A stretch of 64,000 nucleotides of DNA from Chiloscyllium plagiosum (Eukaryota): positions 3,322,092 through 3,386,091 of the forward strand of contig NC_057718.1 of the NCBI RefSeq assembly GCF_004010195.1, written 5' to 3'. The notes beneath the pieces were generated by a model that saw nothing but the letters and a program-made list of their open reading frames with translations, was not told the DNA's origin and searched no databases. The position numbers and the translations under genes are program-made. This document shows, piece by piece, positions 11,214 through 25,544 of this stretch. Numbering within the stretch: the first letter of the stretch is position 1; every line of letters begins with the position of its first letter.

Positions 11214-13539
11214 CACCCTTACCCCCAACCGTATCCCCCCTCACATTTATCTCTCAGCCCACTTAGTCCACTGCCTGACCAGATGTGCTTTTCCAGCACC
11301 ACACTCTTCCACTCCGATCTTCAGCATCTGCAGTCCTCACTTTCTCCCTGTATCTGTTGTTGCCCTGTTGTAACCATTCAATGAATGTGAAGAAACAAAG
11401 GACAGAATAAAAGACAGCTTCAGGATTCAAACAGTGAGAGTGAGAACAGGAACCGATTCAAAAGCAGCAGACGAACTGTTTCTTGTCATGGAAGATGAAA
11501 TTGTGAAATTAGAAGCTGAACTGAAATGTAAAGGAGCAGACAGACCCAAACTAACAGGAAATAGATGATGCAGCATTTCCAATAGATTCAGAAATCTGGA
11601 GCTCAGAAACAGTTAAAACAACAGCAAGGGCAGCACTTCACAGAAAGGTGAATGTACAATGGGAACATCTATTGTCTCATCCATGTCCCTAAATTCCAAG
11701 AGAAGAATTCATCATTTGGACTCTAACCCACCTCAGTGATTCTTTGATAAAACAACTAACTGCAGATACTGGAGATCTGAAATGCAAACAGAAATTGCTG
11801 GAGAAACTCTGTAGGTCTGGCAACATCTGTGGGAAGAAAGCAGAGTTGACATTTTGAGTCTGACGACTCTTCATCAGAACCCCAGTGTTTTCTGATTTTG
11901 CTCCAGTGATTCTTGGACTGTCCTTCAAACACTGTCACTCAAATCAATGACTTGGTCATTTATTTGCTTTTAAGGAGTTCGAGAGATGCAAAGTTCGAAA
12001 GACTGAGTTCCAGAGAGATGTGTTCAGAACAATGAAGATACAAAAATATATTTTTCTAATCTGCGAACTCAGAAGCACAAGAGACAATCTTTATTCCACT
12101 TTACATTTATTTGCAGGTTGAGACATTAGAAGCATACACCTCCTACCTCCACTACACTACTGTTTTGTCCCAGAAGTGGTGGGAAACTTGCTGATGGGAA
12201 ACATTAGTTCATGTCCATGAGCCACAACCAATCCATCATAAAGAATAATGATGGAGTGACAGTAAATCAGGAATGATCAAGAAAGATCCATTCAATCAGC
12301 AGAGAGATCAATCAGGGTAGTGCTGCAGGATGAATGATGATGGGGGTGGGGATGGTGGGTGAGCAATGATGTGGTGGAGTGGGGATGATAGGTGAGTGAT
12401 GGTGGGAGTGGGGTTGATGGGTAGTTGATGATGGTGTGGGAGTAGGGTTGATGGGTGAACAGGATTGACACACAGTACAACTTGGCCGTTCCATAACACC
12501 ACAGTAAGCCTGAGCTGCTGCAATTATCCTGCAATTATCAGGTTCCTGCAAGCTGTGTGGGCAAGAGTGCAGTCTGCAGGGAGAATGAGCAAACTGACCA
12601 TGATACCTTGGGACAGGGAGTGATTCAAGTGTGAATAGGAAATAGCAATGTCATTGTGGGAGGGGGGGACAGTATAATGTGGGAGCATAAATTCTGCTCA
12701 CTACAGACATGGGCATTGTTCCCAAACACTGTGCTGTTTTCCCAGTGCCAGGGGAAAGGATATCTCCTCAGGGCTGGAGAAGAACCTGAAGAGGGAGGAG
12801 AAAGAATCAATCATGATTGTCCATGTTAGGACCAATGACACTTGGAGCACAAGAAAGAAAGCTTCACTGAAAGACTTTCAACATTTCAGAGCTTAGTGAT
12901 AAAAGTGAATCTCCAAGGGAAGAATTTCAAAGTCATGGGCAAACTGGCACAGGGTAAATACAGTCAAGCATCTCAATACGTGGTTTAGAGTCTGGTCTGG
13001 ATGGAATGGGTTTTGGGTTGTGGGGCACTAGCACCAGTCCTGGGGTAAAAAGGAACTGTTCTTCAGGGACAGGCTTCACTTGAAGTATGCTGAGACCAGT
13101 ATTCTGGTGAATCAAATAACTCGGACTCTCGAAAAGGCTTTAAACTAATTAGAAGGTGGCTGGGTTCAGGAGAAAGGGGCTGGAGTCTGACAAAGCAAAA
13201 AGAGCCAGCAGCTATTTGGCTCACAATCCCCAAAGTGGAACAGGAACAAACAGAGGATACAAACACAGAAAAACAGCAGTGAATAGGGTTACCAGGGGAA
13301 ATATTGTTAATAACTCTTTACTTGAATGCACAAATTATTCAGAATAAAATAACTGAAATAATGGCCCAATTATAGATTAGTGTTGAGTTTTTAAGAAGAC
13401 TCACATTAGGTATAAAAAGTTCACTCTGTTTCTCCCTCTACAGATATTGCCAAACCTGCTGAGTTCTTCCAGTATTCTCCATGTTTGCTTCAGGTTTCCA
13501 TCATTTGCAGTATTTGGCCTTTAGTCAAACAGCAAGCAG

Positions 13540-14248
13540 TGAATGTAACATCAAGGGATTTTTCAATCAGTACTTGATAAAGTCTCACACATTAGGCTAT
13601 TAAGAAGAGTGCATGGTATTGACAGGAGTCTATGAGTATGGATAGAAGATTGGCTAACTAATAGAAGACAGCAGTGAGGATAAGGGGGCATTTTGAGGAT
13701 GACAACCTGCAGCTGTTGGAGTGTCACAGCGATCAGTGCTGGGGCCAGAATTATTTACCATATTTATTGATGTCTTGGACAAGGAATGTGAATGTACTGT
13801 CACCAAATTTGTGGATAACACAACAATAGGTGGGATGGTAAGTAATGACAAAGAGGCTGCACTGGGATATTGAAACAGAGTATAATGTGAAGAAATGTGA
13901 GTCCATACACTTGTCTGGAAGAACAGAGGTGTTGAATATTATTGAAATATGAAAAACTGCAGAGAACTATAGATTAGAGGGATTTAGGAGGCCTCATCCA
14001 TGAATCACAAAAAACTAACATCCCAGTTCTGTTGGTCAGAGGGAAGACAAATGGAGAGTGTCATTTATTTCAAAGGAAATGGAGAATAAACTTCGGAATG
14101 TTTTACCAACACTGTACAAACCCCTCGTCAGACCACAACTGAAATACTGTGAAACAGTTCTTGTTCCTTATCTGAGGAAAGGTGTCTTGGTATTGGAGGA
14201 TGTCTGGAGAAGGATCACTAGGCTGGTAGTCGGCATGGAGGGACTATC
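13540..14248 (+). mobile_element. Decayed CR1 RT fragment
   Basis: LYKPLVRPQLKYC and KFVDNT remnants. Confidence 0.75.
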
Positions 14249-16425
14249 GCTCCAATCCCTCTGCTCCAATCCCGACCTCACCATCAGGCCAGCAGATAAA
14301 GGGGCGCAGTGGTGGTCTGGCGCACTAACCTCTACATGGCTGAGGTCAGATGCCAACTCGAGGACATCTCTTCCTACCGCCCCCCTCGACCATGACCCCA
14401 CCCCCCATCACCAAACCAACATCTCCCAGACTATACAGAACCTCACCACCTCAGATCTCACACCCACAGCTTCTAACCTCATAGTCTGGGAACCCCGCAC
14501 TGCCCGAATCTAACTCCTTCCCAAGATCCACAAGCCTGACCACTCTGGCCAACCCATTGTCTCAGCATGCTCCTGCCCCACTGAACTCATTTCTACCTAC
14601 CTCAACACTGTCCTATCCCCCCTAGTCCAGGAACTCCCCACATACGTTCGAGACACCACCCACGCCCTCCAACTCCTCCAAGACCTCTGTTTCCCCGGAC
14701 CCCAACGCCTCATCTTCACCATGGATATCCAATCCCTCTACACCTTCATCCGCCATGACCAGGGTCTCCAAGCCCTCCATTTCTTCCTCTCCCGATGTCC
14801 CCAACAGTGCCCTTTCACCGACACTCTCATTCATTTGGCTGAACTGATCCTCACCCTTAACAATTTCTCCTTCGAATTCTCCCACTTCCTCCAGACCAAA
14901 GGGGTAGCCATGGGCACCCATATGGGCCCCAGCTATGCCTGTCTCTTTGTTGGCTACGTAGAACAGTCCATCTTCCGTACTTACACCGGCACCAATCCCC
15001 ACCTCTTCCTTCGCTATATTGATGACTGCATTGGCGCCACCTCTTGCTCCCGCGAGAAGGTTGAGCAATTCATCAACTTCACCAACACATTCCACCCTGA
15101 CCTTAAATTTACCTGGACCATCTCTGACACCTCCCTCCCCTTCCTGGATCTCTCCATCTCCATTAATGATGACCGACTTGACACCGACATTTTTTACAAA
15201 CCCACTGACTCCCATAGCTACCTGGATTACACCTCTTCCCACAGTACCTCTTGCAAAAATGCCGTCACGTATTCCCAATTCCTCCGCCTCTGCCGTATCT
15301 GTTCTCAGGAGGACCAGTTCCACCACAGAACACACGAGATGACCTCTTTCTTTAGAAACCGCAATTTCCCCTCCCATGTGGTTAAAGATGGCCTCAAATG
15401 CATCTCGTCCATGTCCAGCACCTCCACCCTGAGACCCCACCCCTCCAACCGTAACAAGGAGAGAACGCCCCTGGTGCTCACCTTCCACCATACCAACCTT
15501 CGCATGAGCCAAATCATCCACCAACCTTTCTGCCACCAAATGGACCCCACCACCAGGAATATATTTCCCACCCACCCCTTTCCACCTTCCGCAAAAACCG
15601 TTCCCTCCGTGACTACCTGGTCAGGTCCACGACCCCGTAAAACCCACCCTCCTGTCCTGGCACCTTCCCCTGCCACCGCAGGAATTGCAAAACCTGCGCC
15701 CACAACTCCTTCCTCACCTCCATCCAAGGCCCTAAAGGAGCCTTCCACATCCATCAAAGTTTTACCTGCACATCCACCAATATCATTTATTGTATCAGTT
15801 GCTCCCGATGTGGTTTCCTCTACATTGGGGAGGCTGGACACCTCCTAGCAGAGCGCTTTAGGGAACATCTCTGGGATGCCCACACCAATCAGCCACATCG
15901 CCCTATGGCCCAACATTTCAACTCCCCCTCCCACTCTGCTGAGGGCATGGAGGTCCTGGGCCTCCCTCACCGCCGCTCCCTCACCACCCGATGCCTAGAG
16001 GAAGAACGCCTCATCTTCCGCCTTGGAACACTTCAACCCCAGGGCATCAATGTGGACATCAACAGTTTCCTCATTTCACCTTCCCCCTCCTCACCCCAAT
16101 TCCAAACTTCCAGCTCAGCACTGTCCCCATGACTTGTCCTACCTTCCTAACTTCTTTTCCACCTATCCACTCCACCCTCCTCCCTGACCTATTACCTTCA
16201 TCCCCTCCCCCACTCACCTATTGTACTCTATGCTACTTTCTCCCCACCACCACCCTGCTCCATTTATCTCTCCACCCTTCAGGCTCTCTGCCTGTATTCC
16301 TGATGAAGGGCTTTTGCCCGAAACGTCGATTTTACCGCTCCTCGGATGCTGCCTGAACTGCTGTGCTTTTCCAACACCACTAATCTAGAATCTGGTTTCC
16401 AGCATTTCCAGTCATTGTTTTTCCC
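14249..16425 (+). mobile_element. Penelope-like retroelement (RT plus GIY-YIG endonuclease), degenerate
   Basis: IRPADKG, MDIQSLYT, QTKGVAMGT, FLRYIDD, KPTDSHSYLDYTSSH; C-terminal LYIG..HFN..EEERLIFRLGTLQPQGIN. Confidence 0.92.
16292..16335 (+). ncRNA. Minimal hammerhead ribozyme motif in the Penelope terminal repeat
   Basis: CTGATGA(16300-16306)-A-GGGC TTTT GCCC-GAAAC-GTC: catalytic core, stem II, palindromic ACGT stem III and a GUC cleavage triplet. Stem I is short. Confidence 0.6.
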
Positions 16426-17635
16426 CTTTTCTGTTTCCTGGGCTCAGTTTGCAGCTGGTGTTCAGAAAAGGCAACCCTGATCTCAGCCAAACTGTCAAAA
16501 CCACATTTTGTGTTGGTGTTCCATCTCTTTGCTCTGTAGATGGTGTAATCCCCAGCTTGTTCCAAATTATTGTCTGTCAGCTGAACAGCTGGGAGATGGT
16601 GTGACCACAGAGGGATACTCTACACTCTCAGTGAGCGTGAGAGTGTAGCTTGGTTCAGCTGGTCTCTCTCTCACAAGTAGGGCAGGAAGCTGTGACTGTC
16701 AAAACTATTTCTGGAGCTTGGCTCAAAGCTGACATTCTGGTGGACGTGGCGGATGTCACAGAGCAGCTTCTGATGAGCTACAGTGGGTGGCTGAGGCTGG
16801 TATAAAACAGATGAGTGTGGCACCATGGCAGCAGATCACCTGGCAGGAGGGGCTACACACAGCAGCAACGGAGAGAAGATTGCACTCTGTCCTTGTTTCC
16901 ATCAGATGTTGTGCAGAGTGTTCAGGTGTCCAACTCATAGATTTAAAGATCTCAGAGTGACAATGTGCTCACAATGAGCACAAAGAACAGGGGATACTCT
17001 CCGTCTCCTGATCATCAACATCCTTCATTCAACTAACATCATCACACAGAACATGAGCTGGCATTCAGCACATTCATCTTTGGAAATGCTCCCAGTTTGG
17101 AACAGACCCAGGATTCATGCGGTCACAAACACTGAACTTCAAACTGGTTCATAGTTTGTCATGTCCTGGAGGTGTTTTAATGGTACAAATCCAATGTTAT
17201 TGATTTCAGAGAATTATTGTGAGTGTCAGCATGGGCCCAATGGTGAAACTCATCCTGAGTCACAAATCTGTACATTCAACAACTTTATAAAAACAAGAGT
17301 TTGTCTTTCAAATCCACCCCAACAAGACCCAGTGAACACACAGACTAATCCGATCCACTCGAAGCACGCATAATGTGCAGCCTGTTCCTCAATCCCATTC
17401 CCACAGTTACTGAATGACAGAAAAGGATGGGAGGAACACTTTGTTTCCTAGTCTGTGTTCCCAACCTGTGGAGCTCTGTTCAGCTGCACCAAACAATCCC
17501 CAGACAGTGATAAATTTTCCTTGTGACACTTCCCTCCAGTTCTCAATGTTCAAACTTACACAATTCACACAAACTCCATAGCAGCACCACAGAAAGGTTT
17601 TTACAACACTAAACTTCTCCAAAGTAAGCACTTAC

Positions 17636-17687
17636 CCAAAATAATGCAGACAGACAGGATCACAGCAAATAGAGTTCCACTGATCAT
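17636..17687 (-). CDS. Signal peptide (leader) exon MISGTLFAVILSVCIIL-G
   Basis: gagATG, 52 nt, hydrophobic core, ends G|gtaagt in phase 1, the standard IgSF leader layout. Splices in frame to the - strand V exon at 2646 (G|GT = Gly). Confidence 0.75.
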
Positions 17688-17900
17688 CTCAACTCTGTTT
17701 CTCCACACTGTTTATTGGATGTCCAGGTGATACATCGAAACACAAAGTGTCTGAGCCAAGTACAGCTTCTTTAATCTCTCGTTTCTCAGGAGGTAAAGAA
17801 TTTAAAGTGTCAGTAAAGGAGAAGCATTGACAATAAACCAATGGCTGCTCTCTTCTGCGGGAGGATAAGACTGGCTGGATTTTCTTGTGACTCAGTGAGT
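17688..17900 (-). promoter_or_regulatory. Putative proximal promoter of the leader exon
   Basis: Unique non-repeat sequence 5' of the ATG, with E-box CAGGTG (17724-17729), CCAAT motifs and AP-1-type TGACTCA (17888-17894). Motif-level evidence only. Confidence 0.25.
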
Positions 17901-18264
17901 TTTATTTCAGCAGTGATACTAATTACTTATTCAGTGCAAGTTCCTCATACTTAGTCACTGAAACATTGAGAATTTACACATTTGCTGCAACTTGTGAGTG
18001 GTCAAAACCTTTATGGGAAAAACATTGGATTGGTCTTTATTGTGGAAGATGCTTCAAACATTCCAATAAAAGTAAAGGATATTGGGCAGGGAGTAAGTTC
18101 CATCACCGTCACTGAAGCAGTTGTGTCAGACAAACTAATGGGGCTAAAGGCAGGTCAGTCCCTGGCCCTGATGGGCTTCCATCCTCGGATTCTAAAAGAG
18201 GGAGCTACAGAGATTGTGGATGCATTGGTTCTAATTTCCCAAAAAGCATTGGATTCTGGATTTG

Positions 18265-19925
18265 GAGAGGCCGGTGTTGGACTGGGGTGTACAAAGTTCA
18301 AAATCACACAACACCAGGTTATAGTCCAACAGGTTTAATTGGAAGCACACTAGCTTTCATCAGGTGATTGTGGAGGACACAATTTGAAGGCACAGAATTT
18401 ATAGCAAAAATTTACAGTGTGATGTAACTGAAATTATACATTGAAAAATACCTTGATTATCTGTTGAGTCTTTCATCTATTAGAATACCGTGATAGTTTC
18501 ACTTCTTTCATGTGTAAATCACAAACCTATTTGTAAAAGTTGCATTCTCGGGTTAGCTGTAACAATTGGTGTTAGCTAGACAATATGTTTAAGGTATTAG
18601 CTCCCTGTGTTCTCTGTCTATGCCATGATGTTTAGATTGATTCTAATCGAAAAAGTGAGATAACAGAGTTTTACATGAATTCATGCAGTTTTTGAGCTCA
18701 GAGTTTTACATGAATTCATGCTGTTTTTGAGCAAAGTACATTGTAACTCTGCAAGTACAAATTCACCCCACAAAATATATGTGTGCATGTGGGTCTTTGT
18801 GTCTGTCTGTGTGTGTATGTCTGCCTGGGTTGGGGGTTGTGATTGTGAGAGAGAGTGTATATGTGTGTGCAGTGAGTGTGGAGCGTCTTAAGTCTGTGAG
18901 GGGGTGCATGTGTGAGTGTGGCAGTGTGTGTGCATGTCTGGGGTGTGGTGTTGTGAGTGTCTGTGAGAGAGAGTGTATATGTATGTACATGAGTGTAGAG
19001 TGGTCTAAGTCTCTGAGAGGATGCCTGTGTGAGTGTGGGAGTGTGTGTGTCTCTAAGGGTGTGTGTGAATGTCTGTGTGCGTGTCTGTGTATATGTGTGT
19101 CCGTGTATATGTGCGTGCATAGGAATGCCTGTGTGCATGTGTGTGTGTGTAGGAGTATCTGTGTGTGTGTATAGTGCAATGGTGGTCACCTGTAATGTGA
19201 CATGAACCCAAGGTCCCGGTAGAGGCCCTCCCTATGGGTACCGAATTTAGCTATCAGCCTCTGCTCGACCACTTTTCACTGCTGCCTGTCCCGAAGTCTT
19301 CCTTGGAGGATGGTTACCCGAAGGTCCGAGGTCGAATTTCCTAGATAGCTGAAGTATTCCCCAACTGGGAGGGAACACTCCTGTCTGTTGATTGTTGGGC
19401 AGTGCCCATTCATCCGTTGTTGTAGCCTTTGCTCGGTTTCGACAATGTACCATGCCACAGGGCATCCTTGCCTGCAACGTATAAGATAGACAACGTTGGC
19501 TGAGTCACATGAGTACCTGCCATGTACATGGTGGGAGGTGTCCTCACATGTAATGGTGGTGTCCATGTCCACACTCTGACATGTCTTGCAGGGCCTACCA
19601 TGACACGGGTTGTACGGAGTTGTCCTGAAAGCTGGGCAGCTTGCTACGAACAATGATTTGTTTGAGGTTTGGCAGTTGTTTAAAGGCAAGTAGTGCAGGT
19701 GTTGGAAGGTCTTGGCGAGGTGCTCAGCCTCATTGATAATGTGTTGCAGGTCATGGAAAAGTACTCAGGGATGCCCTCACAAGAATGGGGTACATGCTCA
19801 ACTCATCGACTGCCAGTTCCGACGTGCCACAACAAGGAACCATAGTGACCTCCTCAGGAGACAGACACGTGCTGCAACCAACAGGGTACCCTTCGTTGTT
19901 CGGAATTCCCAGGAGCTGAAAAACT
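18265..19925 (-). mobile_element. Second-family Penelope-like element (GIY-YIG end), with internal (TG)-rich tract 18770-19180 and a short inverted 5' piece
   Basis: ORF 19276-19689: CKTCQ...YSCDSANVVYLIRC...WYIVETEQRLQQRMNGH. Confidence 0.75.
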
Positions 19926-20169
19926 ACGCTAGGTGCATACTTATCAAGGACATGCAGTAGCTATTCCTTGAACAAGTTCCACATTTCAATTGTGCCCATC
20001 CCCTGCAGTGTCCTTCCCCATCCTATGCATCCTAAATCTTGCCTAATTACATCATAATTGCAATTCATCCAGCTATGACTCTTGCAGTAAATACCTGTCC
20101 CTTTCCATCGCTAATGTAAGCCTAACTGAATTGTGGTCACTATCACCAAAGAAACAAAGATAAAGGATC

Positions 20170-21120
20170 ATTCCGAAAGGAGTAGAACATTCAGTCCATC
20201 AATTCAGTCATGACTGATCATTTTCCTCCGTGCCACTTTCCTTTATTGTCTCCATATATCCTAATAACTTGGTCTCTAGAAATCTTTCAGTTCCTGTCTT
20301 AAACATAATGTCTGAGGTCACACATTAGGGAATAGGGAATTCTTCGAGATAGGGAATTCTTCAGATTCCCCACTTTCTAGGTGAAGAAATTCCTCCTCAT
20401 ATCAGTCTCAATTGGATGACTCCTTTTGCTGTGATAATGTCCCATGGATCTTGACTCACCAGTCAAGGGAATCATTGCCACCAACATCCACATTGTCATG
20501 CCCTTGAAGCACATTGAAAGTTTCAATCTAATCACTTCTGATTTTTCAAACTGAGAGGATACAGGCCAGTTTCCTCACTCTCTCCCATCCAACAAACCCA
20601 CCATCCCAGCGATTACTCTGCTGACCCTCCATACAACTCCCTCGATTGTAAGTTTGTGCTTCCTTACATTCAGGGACAAATGGACCATAATCCAGGCGTG
20701 ATCTCCGCAATACTTTGTCCAGCTGCAGCAAGACTTCCTCAACTCCCTTGAGCTGAAGACTAACATTTGCCTTTCTTCGTGACTGCTGCTGGCTCATGCC
20801 GACTTTCCATCCGACATGAACAGAGAAACCCAAGTTTGTTTGGACACCAATAATTCCCAAACTTTTACTTTTCTAAAAAAAAATTCTGCCTTTCTATTTC
20901 CTTTGGTAAAGTAGCTATCTTCACATGTTTTCACATTATATTTCATCTGCCTTGACCTTTCCCATTCACTGAGTCTGGCCACTTGATGCCCCCTTCCATC
21001 TTCCTCACAGCTTCCAATCTTACCTACTTTTTATACCATCAGAAGGTTTGCAGCCAATCCAATTGTGCCCCACTTCCAAACCATTTCTCGAGCTGTTGAA
21101 CACTATTGGGCCTTCCACTG
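20170..21120 (-). mobile_element. Old CR1 fragment
   Basis: QMKYNVKTCE and LDKVLRRSRLDY remnants. Confidence 0.6.
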
Positions 21121-22689
21121 AGGCAGGGCGCCACACGGAACAGTCTGTCTTCATGTAAGACATGCTTTTACTCCTACTCTTTGCTTTCGGTCACTTTTCT
21201 TTTTTTTAATTCATTTGTAGGACTTGGGCATTGCTGGCTGGGCCACCATTGATAGCCCATCCCTATTTACCCTTGAGAAAGTGGTAGTGAGCTACCTTCT
21301 TGAATATCTGCAGTCCACTTGCTGTGAGTTGACCCACAATCCCGGTAGGGACGGAATTCCTGGATTTTGCCCCAACGACTGTGAAGGAATGGTGATATAT
21401 TTCCACGTCAGGGTGGTGAGTGGCATGGAGTGGAAGTTGCAGGTGGTGGCATTNNNNNNNNNNNNNNNNNNNNNNNNNNNNNNNNNNNNNNNNNNNNNNN
21501 NNNNNNNNNNNNNNNNNNNNNNNNNNNNNNNNNNNNNNNNNNNNNNNNNNNNNNNNNNNNNNNNNNNNNNNNNNNNNNNNNNNNNNNNNNNNNNNNNNNN
21601 NNNNNNNNNNNNNNNNNNNNNNNNNNNNNNNNNNNNNNNNNNNNNNNNNNNNNNNNNNNNNNNNNNNNNNNNNNNNNNNNNNNNNNNNNNNNNNNNNNNN
21701 NNNNNNNNNNNNNNNNNNNNNNNNNNNNNNNNNNNNNNNNNNNNNNNNNNNNNNNNNNNNNNNNNNNNNNNNNNNNNNNNNNNNNNNNNNNNNNNNNNNN
21801 NNNNNNNNNNNNNNNNNNNNNNNNNNNNNNNNNNNNNNNNNNNNNNNNNNNNNNNNNNNNNNNNNNNNNNNNNNNNNNNNNNNNNNNNNNNNNNNNNNNN
21901 NNNNNNNNNNNNNNNNNNNNNNNNNNNNNNNNNNNNNNNNNNNNNNNNNNNNNAGGAAGTACCAGATCTTCTTGAACCATATAACTGCGAAGGTAAACTT
22001 TACCAGCATAGGCCAGGAATAGCAGGTAAAGAAGTTACAATAGATAGAGGATCCTCTCAATCTGTGATGCTGAAAGATGAGGGGATAGAGTCATAGAGTC
22101 ATAGAGATGTACAGCATGGAAACAGACCCTTCGGTCCAACCTATCCATGCCTTCTGAAAGACTATTGCCAGAAAAGGTGCTAGTACCAGGAATTCAAGGT
22201 GAGACAAGAAGTGCTCAATTATGTAAAGTGAGCTCAGAATGTCCAGTGAAGAATAGAAAAGTCATGGTCGGAAGACTGGACAAACTCTTAGCTCTAGGAA
22301 TACAATTTGTCCTTGCTCACAATATAGCTGGCTCACAGATCAGAGTGCTACCTCCAGTGATTGGACAGACACTGGAAAAACAGGCAGTAGAATTATTGCA
22401 GGTCACATATCCTGGGATTTTTCCTAATGTAGGAAATGAGGCCACAAAGTCACCAGTTGAGAGCAAAGATTTCAGAGAAGAAAGTCCAAGTGGAATTAGT
22501 AGAGACCCTGTTTGTTCAGCTGGTTTACACAAATTGAGAGGCAGACAGATGATAATGCAGACATCTTTAGATCAGGAAAATTAACTGAGTTACAGCAGAA
22601 AAATGAAAATTTACAGCATCAAAAGGCATAAACAGAAAAAGAATTTGAATGTATCCTTGAATGTTATGACCTTAAAAATGAAGTCTTAA

Positions 22690-23500
22690 TAGAGTCATAG
22701 AGATGTACAGCATGGAAACAGACCCTTCAGTCCAACCCGTCCATGCCGACCAGATAGCCCAACCCAATCTAGTCCCACCTGCCAGCACAAGGCCCATATC
22801 CCTCCAAACCCTTCCTATTCCTATGCCCATCCAAATGCCTCTTAAATGTTGCAATTGTACCAGCCTCCACCACTTCCTCTGGCAGCTCATTCCATACCCA
22901 TATCACCCTCAGTGTGAAAAAGTTGCCCCTTAGGTCTCTTTTTTATCTATCCCCTCTCACCCTAAACCTATGCCCACGTGTTCTGGACTCCGCGACCCCA
23001 GGGAAAAGACTTTGCCTATTTACCCTATCCATGCCCCTCATAATTTTGTAAAACTCTATAAGGTCACCTCTCAGTCTCCGATGCTCCAGGGAAAGCAGCC
23101 CCAGCCTGTTCATCCTCTACCTATAGCTCAGATCCTCCAAACCTGACAGCATCTTTGTAAATCTTTTCTGAACCTTTTCAAGTTTCACAACATATTTCCG
23201 ATAGGAAGGAGGTCAGAATTGCACGCAATATTCCAACAGTGGCCTAACCAATGTCCTGTACAGCCGCAACTTGACCTCCCAAATCCTATACTCAATACTC
23301 TGACCAACAAAGGAAAGCATACCAAAAATCTTCTTCACTATCCTATCTACCTGCGACTCCACTTTCAAGAAGCTGTGAACCTGCACTCCAAGTTCTCTTT
23401 GTTCATCAACACTCCCTAGGACCTTACCATTAAGTGTATAAGTCCTGCTAAGATTTGCTTTCCCAAAATGCAACACCTCACATTTATCTGAATTAAATTC
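22690..23500 (-). mobile_element. CR1 3' fragment nested in the Gypsy element
   Basis: LYRTLVRPLLEYCVQF; (ctatgact)n tail. Confidence 0.85.
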
Positions 23501-25544
23501 CAGTAGAAACCATATTCGGACAGAGGAGAAATGGGCAGAAGTTCATCAAGTCGTTTTGCCAGTGAGTTATAGAATGGAGGTGTTGTAAAAGGCACATGAG
23601 TTACCACTAGGGGTCATTTAGTTGTGAGAAAAATTCAAGTTAAAATAGAAAACATTTTTTCCTGGCCTGGACTGCATAAGTTTGCAGTTGAATTTTGCCA
23701 AACATGTCATATATGTCTGGTATTTGGAAAACCACATACAATAATAAAACCCTCACCTTTATTACCGATTCCTGCATTTGAGGAAACTTTTTAAAGAGTC
23801 TTAATTGATTGCATAGGACCACTACTTACAACAAAAAGTGGGAATCAGTATTTGTTAACAATAATGGGTGCATCCTCTCAATTTCCAGAGGCCGTTCTAT
23901 TTCACAGTATCACAGCTAAAAGCATTGCAGAGGAATTATTCACATTTTTCAATAGTTACGGACTTCCCACAGAGGTGCAATCAGATCAAGGATCAAACTT
24001 CGTATTTAACTTATTCAAGGAAGTTATGGACAGCTTAAGACTAAAACAATTCAAATCTACTGTGTACCATCCAGAGTCATAGGGAGTGCTGGAAAGGTGA
24101 CATCAGACAATAAAGACCATGTTGAGGACTTATAGTCAAGACTATCCAGATGATTGGGATAAGGGAATTCCATTTGTACATTTTGCAATAAGAGATGCTT
24201 TTAACAAATCAACCAAATTCAGATCATTTGAATTAGTTTTTGGGCATGAAGTGAATAGTCCACTAAAATTGATTAAGGAGAAATTGTTAATTTATAATTC
24301 AGAGACCACATATTTGGACAATGTGACGATTTTTTGACAATGATGAAAGAGAGTGGGAAGGTTGGTGAGATAGTATTTAAAAGTATCACAACATACAATG
24401 AAACAAAAAGCTGACAAGAAAAGTTCAAAAACGTGCAATTTTGCTGATGGAAATAAGGTTTTAGTGTGACCTTTCATCTTAGCTGAACCTTTAAAAGCAA
24501 GGTTTAGTCGATCTTATCAAGTGAAAAGGAAATTGAATGACTGAACTATTTGATGAGGACTCCAAACTGAAAGAAATCTCACAGAGTGTGTCATGCAAAT
24601 ATGCTCAAAAGGTACTTTGACAGGGATAAAAAGCAAGGGGAGAATGTGCTATTGGATACAACACAGTGCGAATAACCAAGTTCAGTGGCTTCTTAAGTGG
24701 ACATTCCTCAAAATAAATTAGACAATGAGAAAGTTGTCAAAAATTGGGATAAAATTGAATTACTTTACAAAGAAAAATCGAAATGACCTGAAAGAGAAAG
24801 ACTATCAAATGGGGAGATATGTGAAAATAAGCTGGGAAGTACGAACCTAATTATGATGATCTCCCTATCACATTCTCAGCTAACTTGCCCCCAGAGCCCC
24901 ACCCCTCTCCCATTTCTCTCTCAGCATTCCCAGCCCACAAGCCTCATTCCTGATGAAAGGCTTATGCCTGAAACATCGATTCTCCTGCTCCTCAGATGCT
25001 GCCTGACCTGCTGTGTTTTTCCAGCACCACACTCTTGACTCTGATCTCCAGCATCTGCGGTCCTCAGTTTCTCCAATTATGCATGATGTAGACATAGGAG
25101 ATGCTTTTCCAACTAAGCAACATCCTTGTTGACCTAACCCTCTAAAGTTGGCACAGGTTGAAAAGGAGATTGAATGCTTGCTCCAAGATAACATAATCAT
25201 AGTGAGTTACAGTGACTTGAGCTCACCCACAGTAATGGTGGCAAACCCAGATGGTACCCAATAGATATGAGCAGACTATTGCAAGGTCAATGCAGTTACA
25301 AAGACTGATGTCTATCTGATTCCACCTTTGGAAGACTGTTGAGAAGGTGTAACAAGCAACTTATATTTCTCAGTTGGTCTTACTCAGAGGTTACTGGCAA
25401 GTAAGGGCAAAGGCAATTTTGGCTTTCATAGCACCAAATGGACTGTATCTGTTTGTAGTCATGCCACTTGGTATGAAAATGTGTCAGCCACATTTCAGAG
25501 ATTAACCATTGCCAGATTACCTAATTGTGTCATATATATGCAGA

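Noticed and set aside
14622-15575. 317-aa - strand ORF
   Set aside because: Antisense shadow of the Penelope RT frame.
16620-16648. 11-bp inverted repeat ctacactctca...tgagagtgtag
   Set aside because: Too short to assign a function; plausible by chance in 64 kb.
17841-17900. ATG GCT GCT CTC...TCA|gtgagt as the leader of the + strand gene
   Set aside because: Phase 0 (V1 needs phase 1), and the peptide MAALFCGRIRLAGFSCDS lacks a good hydrophobic core.
18716-19189. His/Thr-rich and Cys/Val-rich ORFs
   Set aside because: Translations of a (TG/CA)-rich low-complexity tract within a repeat.
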